Assembly: GCA_021821585.1 (NCBI GenBank)
Contig: JAKACF010000003.1
Location: forward strand, 1 to 32,827
DNA length: 32,827 nt
Direction of reading: 5' to 3'
From: Actinomycetes bacterium
Lineage (GTDB): Bacteria; Actinomycetota; Acidimicrobiia; Acidimicrobiales; Bog-793
Notes under the pieces: model-generated
Told to the model about the DNA's origin: nothing
What the model saw: only the letters and a program-made list of their open reading frames with translations
Database searches by the model: none
Shown here: positions 1-8,055 of the stretch, piece after piece
Layout of the letters: each line of letters begins with the position of its first letter
Position numbering within the stretch: the first letter of the stretch is position 1
Position numbers and translations under genes: made by a program

Positions 1-1577
1 TTGTTTCGCAGCTGCCGGTCGGTGGTCTGCGAGGCCGACAACCCGTAGATCGTGTTGCGGATCTCGCGGATGGTGTCGTCGAGGCCGTCGATGGCGGCCG
101 AGATCCGCTCGCGCAGCTGCTCGCTCTCGGCGAAGGGGATGGTGGACTGCAGCGCCATCCCGGTGGCGAAGAGCTCCTGGATCACGTGGTCGTGCAGGTC
201 GCGGGCGATCCGCTCCCGGTCGTTGGCCAGCATCATCCGCTCGCGGTCCCCCCGGGCCCGCTCGAGCTCGAACGCGAGGGCCGCCTGGGCGGCGAGCGAC
301 TCGGCGGCAACGACCTCGGACTGCCCGAAGGCCTCGCCCTTGTCGGCCCTCACGAGGACGAGCGCCGCCCGCACGACACCCCCGACGAGGACGGGGACGC
401 CGAGGGCCGGGCCGTCGGCGGCGACACCCTCGAGCACGGTCGAGGTCGCCTCCTTCAGTCGCTCGGCCTGCTGGTGCGAGCCGCTCTCGACGACCCGGTC
501 GACGAAGAGGCCGCCGGAGGGCAGCCTCGTCCCGACGAGGACCCCCAGCGGGCCGACGCCGGCCGCCACCTGCAGCTCGTCCCCCTCCCGCACGGTGATG
601 GCGGCCGCGGTCGCCTCGAGGATGGCCGACGCCCGCTCGCAGACGAGCGAGAGGGCCTCGGAGAGGGAGCTCCCCGACAGCAGTGCCAGGCGGATCTCGG
701 CCATGGCGGCGTGCTGACGCTCGAGGCGCTCCTCCTCCTCGAGCGCCCGCCGGAGCTCGTCCTCGGCCGCCTTGCGGTCGCGGACGTCGCGGGCGAAGGC
801 AGAGTAGCCGTCGAGGCGCTCCTCGGGGCCGTAGATCGGGGAGATGGAGACGGCGACGTCGATCTCGCTCCCCGTCCGGCTCAACCACCGCGTGTCGACG
901 GCACCCCGGGAGACGTCCTCGTGGGCGAGACGGAGCAGGTGGTCGAGATCCGCCAGCGACTCCGGGGGGACGAGGACCGTGAGGTGCCGTCCGAGCATCT
1001 CGTCGGCGGTGTAGCCGAAGAGATCCTCCGCACCCTCGTTCCAGGTCGTGATCTCCCCCTCCAGGTTCATCGAGACGATGGCGTCCAGCGAGGACCGGAT
1101 GATCGAGGCGAGCTCCGCCTGGGCGGCCGAGGCGGCGTGGCGGTCGCTCAGGTCGCGGATGGCAGCCAGCACGAGCAGCTCGCCGGAGGCGTCCACCGGG
1201 GCGAGGCTGATGTCGACCGGCATCTCGCTCCCGTCCCGCCGCCGCCCTGCCAGGTCGAGGTTCTGGCCCATCGGCCGGCGCTGGGGGTGGCCGAGGTAGG
1301 AGCCGCGGTGGCGCCGGTGCCGCTCCCGCAACTGCCCGGGCACGAGGTCGTCGACGGACAGGCCGACCAGCCCACCGGCGTCGTAGCCGAACAGCATGTG
1401 CGCCGGGACGTTGGCCGCCACGACGCGGCCCTCGCGATCGACCGCCAGGGCGGCGTCCGGCATGAGGGCGAGCAGGGGCGTGAGCAGGTCCTCGGGCATC
1501 GAGGGAACCGCGGAGCCGCCACCCTTCTCCGGTCCGCGAGAGGGACTCGGAGACGATGCCGCCAGGTCAGGTCTCAT
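1..1577 (-). CDS. Sensor histidine kinase, PAS-PAS-GAF-HisKA_3 architecture; partial, C-terminal ATPase domain lies beyond the window start
   Basis: Absent from the ORF track because there is no stop in the window. My reverse-strand translation from ATG 1577 stays open to position 1. N-terminus: MRPDLAASSPSPSRGPEKGGGSAVPSMPEDLLTPLLALMPDAALAVDREGRVVAANVPAHMLFGYD (PAS-like). Second PAS-like block: IVSMNLEGEITTWNEGAEDLFGYTADEMLGRH. The window-proximal end reads DRERMMLANDRERIARDLHDHVIQELFATGMALQ...TIREIRNTIYGL, the H-box/dimerisation motif of HisKA_3 (NarX/DevS-type) kinases. Confidence 0.85.
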   Translation of the reverse strand, partial: MRPDLAASSPSPSRGPEKGGGSAVPSMPEDLLTPLLALMPDAALAVDREGRVVAANVPAHMLFGYDAGGLVGLSVDDLVPGQLRERHRRHRGSYLGHPQRRPMGQNLDLAGRRRDGSEMPVDISLAPVDASGELLVLAAIRDLSDRHAASAAQAELASIIRSSLDAIVSMNLEGEITTWNEGAEDLFGYTADEMLGRHLTVLVPPESLADLDHLLRLAHEDVSRGAVDTRWLSRTGSEIDVAVSISPIYGPEERLDGYSAFARDVRDRKAAEDELRRALEEEERLERQHAAMAEIRLALLSGSSLSEALSLVCERASAILEATAAAITVREGDELQVAAGVGPLGVLVGTRLPSGGLFVDRVVESGSHQQAERLKEATSTVLEGVAADGPALGVPVLVGGVVRAALVLVRADKGEAFGQSEVVAAESLAAQAALAFELERARGDRERMMLANDRERIARDLHDHVIQELFATGMALQSTIPFAESEQLRERISAAIDGLDDTIREIRNTIYGLSASQTTDRQLRN

Positions 1578-1639
1578 AGTGTCAGGCGTCCTATGACTTC
1601 GACGACCCCCCACAGGCCGTACCACAGGGTAAGAAAGCC

Positions 1640-3415
1640 GTGGCTGGCCGTCAAGGCGCCGCCCCAGGCGCCCTGGTACCGCCGGTGAGCTCCCCCGGCG
1701 GGCCCGCCCGGGCCCGCCCCGAGGCCGGCGAGACAGCTCCGAGCGGCTCCCTTGTCCCGGGCGCCCGGCACCGCTGGCGGGGCGTCGGCCTCGCCGTGCT
1801 CTGCGTGAGCCTGCTCGTGGTGAGCCTCGACAACACCATCTTGAACGTCGCCCTCCCGACCATCGTGCGGGACCTGCACGCCTCGACGAGCGAGCTGCAG
1901 TGGGTGGTCGACTCCTACGTCGTCGTCTTCGCCGGCTTCCTGCTCACCCTCGGGAGCCTCGGCGACCGCATCGGGCGAAAGCCGGTCTTCCTCGGGGGGC
2001 TCGCCGTCTTCGCCGCCGGCTCGGCGGCCTCGGCCTTCTGCACGACGGCCGGCTCGCTCATCGCGGCCCGCGCCGTCATGGGCGTCGGGGCGGCCGCCAT
2101 CATGCCCTCGACCCTGTCGATCCTCATCAACCTCTTCCCCGAGCCGGCGGAGCGGGAGCGGGCGATCGGGATCTGGTCGGGGACGACCGGGCTCGGCGTG
2201 GCGATCGGGCCTGTGGCCGGCGGCTGGCTGCTCGCCCACTACTGGTGGGGTTCGGTCTTCCTCGTGAACGTCCCGATCGCGCTCGCCGGGCTCGTGCTCG
2301 GGGCCGCCGTCCTCCCCTCGTCCAAGGACCCGGCGAGCAAGCCGCCCGACCCGCTCGGCGCCGTCCTGTCGACGGCCGGGATGGCGCTCCTGCTCTGGGG
2401 CGTCATCGAGGCGCCGACACGCTCGTGGTCCTCGCCCGTCGTGCTCGGGGCGATCGCGCTCGGGCTCGCCGTGCTGGCCGGCTTCGTGCTGTTCGAGCGC
2501 CGCTCGAGCCACCCGATGCTCGAGCTCTCCTTCTTCTCCTCCCGACGGTTCTCCGCCGCCATGGGGGCGATGGCCCTCGTCATCTTCGCCCTCATGGGCT
2601 CGCTGTTCGTGCTCACCCAGTACCTGCAGTTCTCGCTCGGCTACAGCGCCCTGCAGACGGGGCTCCGCATCGCTCCGATCGCCTGCATCCTGCTCGTGGC
2701 AGCCCCGCTGTCGATGGTGGCCGTGCGTCGTGTCGGGACCAAGCCGGTGGTCTTCACGGGGATGTCGATGATCGCCGCCGGGTTGTTCCTCGCCAGCCGG
2801 GTGAGCGCCCACGGCAGCTACGGCGACGTCCTGCCCGGCTTCGTCCTCATGGGCCTCGGCACGGGCCTCGCCTTCGCCCCCTGCACCGACTCGGTGATGG
2901 GCTCCCTGCCCCTCGAGCAGGCAGGGGTGGGCGCGGCCACCAACAGCGCAGCCCTCCAGACCGGCGCGGCGCTCGGTGTCGCGGTCCTCGGCAGCCTCCT
3001 CAACACCCGCTACCAGAGCCGGCTGACACCGCTGCTCGTCCGCCACCACGTGCCGAAACCGCTCCTCGAGCTCATCACCGGGTCCCTCGGCGGCGCGCTC
3101 GCCGTCGCCGGCCACGTCGGGGGCCGCCTCGGTGCCGCCCTCGCCGCCGTCGCCAGGCAGGCCTTCGTGAGCGGGCTCGACCTCGCGCTCCTCACCGGCG
3201 CCGGGGTGGTCGCTGCCGGCGCCGTCGTCGCCGTCGTGCTCATACCGAACCGAGCGCCGTCTCCACCCGTCCCTGCTTGCGACGCGGGCTCGGCCCGCCC
3301 CGGGCAGGACGGCGCCGGCGCCGGCCTCACTCCCCAGCAGCCTGGCGGGAGGGCGCCGCGAGGTTCTCGGTCGTCAAGGCCACCACGAGGTCGCTCACGC
3401 TCACGACCCCGATGA
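1640..3415 (+). CDS. MFS transporter, DHA2 (EmrB/QacA-like) drug:H+ antiporter family
   Basis: ORF 1640..3415. Family-typical N-terminal block LDNTILNVALPTIVRDLHASTSELQWVVDSYVVVFAGFLLTLGSLGDRIGRKPVF, followed by many hydrophobic segments. The start is GTG 1640 or in-frame GTG 1685. The last ~30 codons (Arg/Ser/Pro-rich) read antisense through the 3' end of the convergent CBS gene. Confidence 0.9.
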   Translation: MAGRQGAAPGALVPPVSSPGGPARARPEAGETAPSGSLVPGARHRWRGVGLAVLCVSLLVVSLDNTILNVALPTIVRDLHASTSELQWVVDSYVVVFAGFLLTLGSLGDRIGRKPVFLGGLAVFAAGSAASAFCTTAGSLIAARAVMGVGAAAIMPSTLSILINLFPEPAERERAIGIWSGTTGLGVAIGPVAGGWLLAHYWWGSVFLVNVPIALAGLVLGAAVLPSSKDPASKPPDPLGAVLSTAGMALLLWGVIEAPTRSWSSPVVLGAIALGLAVLAGFVLFERRSSHPMLELSFFSSRRFSAAMGAMALVIFALMGSLFVLTQYLQFSLGYSALQTGLRIAPIACILLVAAPLSMVAVRRVGTKPVVFTGMSMIAAGLFLASRVSAHGSYGDVLPGFVLMGLGTGLAFAPCTDSVMGSLPLEQAGVGAATNSAALQTGAALGVAVLGSLLNTRYQSRLTPLLVRHHVPKPLLELITGSLGGALAVAGHVGGRLGAALAAVARQAFVSGLDLALLTGAGVVAAGAVVAVVLIPNRAPSPPVPACDAGSARPGQDGAGAGLTPQQPGGRAPRGSRSSRPPRGRSRSRPR

Positions 3416-3812
3416 CCGTGCCGTCCCGGCGGACCGGCAGGTGGTGGACGCCGTGCACCGCCATCTGCTCGACGGCCTCCTGCACGGTGTCAGTGGGCTC
3501 GAGGGCGATGACCTCCTCCGAGGCGACGTCGGCTGCCCAGGCGAGCTCGGGGTTGACGCCGTCCGCCACGGCCGCCACGACGTCGCGCTCGGTGATGATC
3601 GCCGAGGGGCCGTCGCCTCGCAGCAGGATGAGGGAACCGAGCCCGTGGGCGACCATCGCCCCGGCCGTCTCCCGCAGGGTGAGCTCCGGGTCGGCGAATT
3701 CCGCCGGGGCCGTCATGACCCGCGTCACCGGCGAGGCGAGCAGCTCGTCGCGCGCCCGGGCGACGGGGTCGGGCAACCCGTCGTCGTATCCGTAGTCGTC
3801 GAAGCCTTCCAC
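3327..3812 (-). CDS. CBS-pair domain protein
   Basis: ORF 3327..3866 has two CBS-like repeats: VTRVMTAPAEFADPELTLRETAGAMVAHGLGSLILLRGDGPSAIITERDVV and IALEPTDTVQEAVEQMAVHGVHHLPVRRDGTVIGVVSVSDLV. I prefer the in-frame GTG at 3812, which is preceded by AAGGAGGAGAGC (strong RBS, about 5 nt spacing). The ATG at 3866 would overlap the upstream gene's stop. Confidence 0.85.
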   Translation of the reverse strand: MEGFDDYGYDDGLPDPVARARDELLASPVTRVMTAPAEFADPELTLRETAGAMVAHGLGSLILLRGDGPSAIITERDVVAAVADGVNPELAWAADVASEEVIALEPTDTVQEAVEQMAVHGVHHLPVRRDGTVIGVVSVSDLVVALTTENLAAPSRQAAGE

Positions 3813-3853
3813 GCTCTCCTCCTTGTCCGCCGGGCGGCCCTTCCGCTCCGGCC

Positions 3854-4864
3854 TCAGTAGATCCACACGCTCGAGCCGACGGGCATCAGCCCCCTCTCCC
3901 AGATCCAGTCCATCGCCTCGACGCTCACGCGCACGCAGCCGTGGGAGACCGGCTCGGGCGGCACGTAGGACTCGCCGTGGACGGCGTAGCCCGAGTAGAA
4001 GTACTTCGGCCTCCAGAGCTCGCCGAGCGAGCTCACGACGAGGCCGTCCACCTCCCGCTCGACCCGGAACTGGCCGACGGGGGTGACGGCGACCGCCGCC
4101 ACGCCGTTGTCGTAGTAGACGTAGCCGCCGCCCGTCGAGGTGTTGAGGGCGGCGAGGAGGGCCCCGTCCCTGACGATCATGAGCACGCCGCGGTGCAGGT
4201 CGACCTGCACCCCCGAGCCGTTCTCGGAGCGGGGCCGGGCGACGACGCCGGAGGCGAGTGCGGCCGTGGTGGCCGGCCCGACGACGCCGTCGGTGGCCAG
4301 TCCGGCCACCTTCTGGAGGGCGTAGACGGCCTGCTCGGTCGCGTCGCCGAAGTGTCCGTCGGGCGTCCCGAGCCAGTAGTGGAGCGCCGAGAGCCGCTCC
4401 TGCAGTGCGAGCACCGCCGGGCCGCTCGAGCCGATCGAGAGCGTCGCGGCCGGCTCGGGTGCCGTCGTCGTGGTCGGGACGCCCGGGCTGGTCGTCGTCG
4501 GCGGGCTGGTCGTCGTCGGCGGGCTGGTCGTGGTGGTCGGAGCCGTGGCCGGCGGAGCGGTCGTCGCCGGGAGGCTGTGGTGCGGCGCCGTCCCGGCCGC
4601 TCCACCGCCTCCTCCGCAGGCGGCCACCGCCAGCGAGGCGGCCAGCAACGCCGCCCCGCTCGAGAGGAGCGGGCGAGCCTTCCGCCTCCGGCCGGGCCGC
4701 CGCGCCGGTGGAGGCGCGCCCGGAAGACCCGTCGCCCGGGCCCTCTCAGGCGTGATGCGCCTCGACCCCGGCCGGGTAGTGCTCGATGACGGCGTCGCTG
4801 CCGGGGAAGAACAGCCCCTCGTGCCCGTCGTCCGACCAGCGGACGAGATAGGGCGGGCCTCCAT
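3854..4864 (-). CDS. L,D-transpeptidase (YkuD domain) lipoprotein with peptidoglycan-binding domain; start codon unresolved
   Basis: PG_binding_1-like segment GSSGPAVLALQERLSALHYWLGTPDGHFGDATEQAVYALQK. YkuD catalytic region ends in the SHGCVRV active-site motif. Lipoprotein-type signal RRRKARPLLSSGAALLAASLAVAAC, then a Thr/Pro-rich linker. The coordinates are the longest ORF. Its first ~40 codons overlap the DUF1918 gene and have poor third-position GC, so the real start is probably downstream (see findings). Confidence 0.85.
   Translation of the reverse strand: MEARPISSAGRTTGTRGCSSPAATPSSSTTRPGSRRITPERARATGLPGAPPPARRPGRRRKARPLLSSGAALLAASLAVAACGGGGGAAGTAPHHSLPATTAPPATAPTTTTSPPTTTSPPTTTSPGVPTTTTAPEPAATLSIGSSGPAVLALQERLSALHYWLGTPDGHFGDATEQAVYALQKVAGLATDGVVGPATTAALASGVVARPRSENGSGVQVDLHRGVLMIVRDGALLAALNTSTGGGYVYYDNGVAAVAVTPVGQFRVEREVDGLVVSSLGELWRPKYFYSGYAVHGESYVPPEPVSHGCVRVSVEAMDWIWERGLMPVGSSVWIY
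4485..4538. repeat. 18-bp tandem repeat, about 3 copies (gggctggtcgtcgtcggc x2, then a degenerate copy), inside the L,D-transpeptidase linker
   Basis: Units read directly at 4485-4502, 4503-4520 (identical) and 4521-4538 (3 mismatches). On the coding (minus) strand they encode the reiterated PTTTSP linker. Confidence 0.9.
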
Positions 4865-4958
4865 CGGCGGAGTGCACTTCGAGGATCTCGCAGTCCCGGT
4901 CGGGCTCGCCGACGTGATGCCCCTTTACGACCAAGCGGTCGCCTGGTGATGCGAACAT
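4746..4958 (-). CDS. DUF1918 domain protein (M. tuberculosis Rv2302-like small SH3-like protein)
   Basis: 70-aa ORF MFASPGDRLVVKGHHVGEPDRDCEILEVHSADGGPPYLVRWSDDGHEGLFFPGSDAVIEHY. The pattern GDxLVxxG...DRxGxIxEV...DGxPPYxVRW...GH...PGxDAV is what I recall for the DUF1918 family. High third-position GC. RBS GAGAGGAGAG precedes the ATG. Confidence 0.8.
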   Translation of the reverse strand: MFASPGDRLVVKGHHVGEPDRDCEILEVHSADGGPPYLVRWSDDGHEGLFFPGSDAVIEHYPAGVEAHHA

Positions 4959-5092
4959 GGCTCTCCTCTCGTCTCCCTCCCTTCTGCCAGAGGGGCGGGG
5001 CCCCCGGAAGGGCTGAAAGTCCCCTTTTGTGCCCGGGGCACCCCGAGGCCCCCCGGGCGGCGGTACCGTCCGAGTCGGAAAGGAGGAGGACG

Positions 5093-5281
5093 ATGGATCT
5101 GACGCTCACCGAGGAGCAGGCGCGCGAGCTCTCCAGCTTGATCGACGGAGCGCTCGGCGAGCTGAGCCACGAGATCGCCGACACCGACAACGCTCATTTC
5201 AGGGTCAGCCTCGTCGAGCGCCGGCAGCGCCTGTCCGAGGTGGGAGACGCCCTGCGCCGGGGGCTTCAGGCCGCGCCCTGA
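5093..5281 (+). CDS. Small (62 aa) predicted helical hypothetical protein
   Basis: ATG 5093 is preceded by GGAAAGGAGGAGGAC (strong RBS). Product: MDLTLTEEQARELSSLIDGALGELSHEIADTDNAHFRVSLVERRQRLSEVGDALRRGLQAAP. The 49-codon extension in track ORF 4946..5281 has no RBS and is Pro/Arg-rich. I recognise no family. Confidence 0.6.
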   Translation: MDLTLTEEQARELSSLIDGALGELSHEIADTDNAHFRVSLVERRQRLSEVGDALRRGLQAAP

Positions 5282-6201
5282 TCCTCTCCGGTCGGCGCCG
5301 CCGGCAAGGGGGGGCGAGCCGGCACGGCCCCCGAGGGCGGTTCCCCCGGCCTGCCGCGGCTGGCCGACGGTCCTGCCGGCGTGGAGCGGGGGCCGAGGAG
5401 GGCCTCGCGGGCGACCTCCCAGCTCGTCTCGTCGGCCGCCACGAGCAGACCCTCGGCGGCATCGCCCGGGAGGTAACGGGCGCCGTCGAGCCGTCGGACG
5501 GCGCCACCGGCCTCCTCGACGAGCAGGGCTCCGGGCGCATGGTCCCAGGCAAGGGTGCGCCAGTAGAAGACGAAGTCCTCGTCGCCCTCGGCAACCGCCG
5601 GGTAGTCCGCTCCGGCGCACCTGCTCCCGGGGCCGACACGGGCGAAGCGCCTCCCGTTGGCGGCCAACTCGGCCGCCGCAGGGGGATCGACGAAGCCGGT
5701 GAGCACCCTCCCGCAAAGCTCGGCGGCCGACCGCCCCGGCGGCGGCCGGCGGAGGGAGAGGCCGTCCCGGCTGGCGCCCTGGCCGCGCTCGGCGACGTAC
5801 ATCCTCCGGCGGGTGGCGAGCCAGATCCACGAGGCCACCGGGAGCCCGCGCTCGAGGAGGGCTACCATGACGGCCCACTCTCCCCGGCCGGCGACGAAGT
5901 TGGTGGTGCCGTCCAGCGGGTCGAGGAGCCAGGCCCGCTCGGACGACAGGGCGCCCAGCAAGCAGGGAGCTCTCGCGCAGGCCTCCTCGCCGACGACCGG
6001 CGTCCCCGGCCAGAGCGCCGCCAGCCGCGACCCGAGCTCGGCCTCCGCCTCGAGGTCGGCGACGGTGACGATCTCGCCGGGCGACTTCGCCCGTACCTCG
6101 TCAGCCGCGAGGACACCCGCCCGCGGCTCGAGCAGCGAGCTGCTCACCTCCCGGACCGCCTCCTCCACCCGTGCGACGAGGTCGGCCACCGGTCGGCTCA
6201 C
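5266..6201 (-). CDS. Inositol monophosphatase / CysQ-family phosphatase
   Basis: ORF 5266..6201 carries both family motifs: WLLDPLDGTTNF (metal-binding DPxDGT) and WDHAPGALLVEEAGG. GTG start 6201. It lies 49 nt downstream of, and on the same strand as, the MFS gene 6251..8041. Confidence 0.85.
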   Translation of the reverse strand: MSRPVADLVARVEEAVREVSSSLLEPRAGVLAADEVRAKSPGEIVTVADLEAEAELGSRLAALWPGTPVVGEEACARAPCLLGALSSERAWLLDPLDGTTNFVAGRGEWAVMVALLERGLPVASWIWLATRRRMYVAERGQGASRDGLSLRRPPPGRSAAELCGRVLTGFVDPPAAAELAANGRRFARVGPGSRCAGADYPAVAEGDEDFVFYWRTLAWDHAPGALLVEEAGGAVRRLDGARYLPGDAAEGLLVAADETSWEVAREALLGPRSTPAGPSASRGRPGEPPSGAVPARPPLPAAPTGEDQGAA

Positions 6202-6250
6202 GGGGCCATCCTCGCGCGGCCCTCGAGCCGGGCGTCCTCTCCGAGCGTGC

Positions 6251-8041
6251 TCAGGCCGGCCGGCGCCCCTCCTGCGGCCGCCTCACGGGCTCGTCGCGTG
6301 TCGGACCGGGGGCGTAGAGCCCTCTCGCCAGGCGGAAGGCAGAGCCCTCGAGCAGCGACTGGCGGAGCGCCTCGGCGAAGACGCCGGGACCCCAGTGGCG
6401 GGCGCCGACCAGCTCGAACAGGCGGTTCCGGGCGGTGGGGCCGTGCTCGGCGAGCGCCGCCGCGATGGCGGCGCGCTGGTGGGCAAGGGCGGAGCGCCGC
6501 CCTGGCGTCGGCGAGCCGACCACCGGCAGGGTGCCGGAGTAGGTCCCGCGGCCCGGCCGGAACCGCCCGTTGCGGGCGTGCCGCCCGTCGGTGGCACTGA
6601 GCGGGCGGGCGATCTCCTCGAGCGGGGTCTGCTCGGCGGCCACGCCGAAGAGGATCTCGGCCAGCGCGCCGACCGCCATCACGCCGGCACCGATGAGGAA
6701 CCCGACGGCCACCTCGGTCCGGCTGCCGCTCGCGATGAGGTTGCCGAAGAGCACGGGGCCGCTGATGCCACCGACGGCGGTGCCGACGGAGTAGAAGAAG
6801 GCGATCGCGAGCGCCCTCGTCTCCATCGGGAAGATCTCCGAGGCGGTGAGGTAGGCGGCGCTGGCACCGGTCGAGGCGAGGAAGAAGACCGCCATGACCA
6901 CGACGATGAAGCTCCACGGCCCGAGCACGCCCTGCCCGAGGAAGAGCAGGGCGAGCAGGACCGCCAGGACGGCGGAGCCGGCATAGGTGGCCGTGATCAT
7001 GGTCTTGCGCCCGACGGTGTCGAACAGGCGGCCGAGGCTGAGCGGTCCGGCCAGGTTCGACAGGGCGTAGATGATGGTGAACACCGGCACGACGCTCGCC
7101 GCCACATGGAAGAACGTCGACATGAGCGTGCCGAGGTTGAACGTCACGGCGTTGTACAAGAAGGCCTGACCGACAAAGAGGGCGATCGCCAGCACCGAGC
7201 GCTTCGGGTACTTCTTGAAGGCCGTCCCGGCGATCTCCCGGAAGGGGATCGCCCTGCGCTCTGTGACGGTGATGGTGTCGCCGACCTCGTCGAGGCGCTC
7301 GCCGGTCGTCTCGCTCACCTCGCGCTCGATCGAGTCGACGAGCGTCTCGGCCTCCTCGTCCCGTCCGTGGATGAAGAGCCACCGCGGGCTCTCGGGCACG
7401 TTGCGCCGGACGAGCAGCACGCCGAGCCCGAGGACGACGCCGAGCCCGAACGAGAGCCGCCAGCCGATGTCCACCGGGAAGATGGAGGAGAGGAAGAACA
7501 GCACGACCGCCGAGCCCGCCGCTGCTCCCGCCCAGTAGGAGCCGTTGATGCCGAGGTCGACCCTCCCCCGTGCCCGGGCCGGGATCAGCTCGTCGATGGC
7601 GGAGTTGATGGCGGCGTACTCCCCACCGATGCCGGCCCCCGTGAGCGCCCGGAAGAGGAAGAAGTACCACGGTGCGAAGGAGAAGGCGGTCCCGGCGGTG
7701 GCGAGGATGTAGAGCCCGAGCGTCAGCATGAACAGCCGCTTGCGACCGAAGCGGTCCGTCAGCTGACCGAACACGAGCGCGCCGGCGCACGCCCCGAGGA
7801 CGTACATGGCAGCCGCGAAGCCGATGTCTGCCGTCGTGAGCCCCACGCCGGCCCCCTTTTGCACGAGGACGGCGCTGATGGCGCCGACGATCGTGACCTC
7901 GAGTCCGTCGAGGATCCAGCAGGTCCCGAGTCCGCCGATGATGCGCCAGTGGAAGCGCGCCCACGGCAGACGGTCGAGGCGGGCGGGGATCGCCGTCTCG
8001 ATCACCCTCGCCTCATTCGTCACCGCCGTCACGGTCGTCAT
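6251..8041 (-). CDS. MFS transporter (sugar-porter/metabolite:H+ symporter-like) with a ~115-aa non-membrane C-terminal extension
   Basis: ORF 6251..8041. RBS AGGAGG lies 5 nt before ATG 8041. MFS signature regions: GQLTDRFGRKRLFMLTLGLYILATAG, RALTGAGIGGEYAAINSAIDELIPARARG and VPESPRWL. After ...LEEIARPLS the protein continues with a hydrophilic tail. Confidence 0.9.
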   Translation of the reverse strand: MTTVTAVTNEARVIETAIPARLDRLPWARFHWRIIGGLGTCWILDGLEVTIVGAISAVLVQKGAGVGLTTADIGFAAAMYVLGACAGALVFGQLTDRFGRKRLFMLTLGLYILATAGTAFSFAPWYFFLFRALTGAGIGGEYAAINSAIDELIPARARGRVDLGINGSYWAGAAAGSAVVLFFLSSIFPVDIGWRLSFGLGVVLGLGVLLVRRNVPESPRWLFIHGRDEEAETLVDSIEREVSETTGERLDEVGDTITVTERRAIPFREIAGTAFKKYPKRSVLAIALFVGQAFLYNAVTFNLGTLMSTFFHVAASVVPVFTIIYALSNLAGPLSLGRLFDTVGRKTMITATYAGSAVLAVLLALLFLGQGVLGPWSFIVVVMAVFFLASTGASAAYLTASEIFPMETRALAIAFFYSVGTAVGGISGPVLFGNLIASGSRTEVAVGFLIGAGVMAVGALAEILFGVAAEQTPLEEIARPLSATDGRHARNGRFRPGRGTYSGTLPVVGSPTPGRRSALAHQRAAIAAALAEHGPTARNRLFELVGARHWGPGVFAEALRQSLLEGSAFRLARGLYAPGPTRDEPVRRPQEGRRPA

Positions 8042-8055
8042 GGATCCCTCCTAGG

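Noticed and set aside
5007-5026. GAAGGGCTGAAAGTCCCCTT in the DUF1918/small-ORF intergenic region resembles the mycobacterial DosR box (TTSGGGACTWWAGTCCCSAA), with 11/14 core matches. A weaker relative, AGGTCCTTCGGCCC, lies at 11759-11772 upstream of the lipid operon.
   Set aside because: Only one half-site (AGTCCC) is intact and the flanks do not match. The kinase here is not a DevS orthologue (PAS-PAS-GAF rather than GAF-GAF), and no response regulator is visible. In such GC-rich DNA this level of match is not distinguishable from chance without a genome-wide motif analysis.
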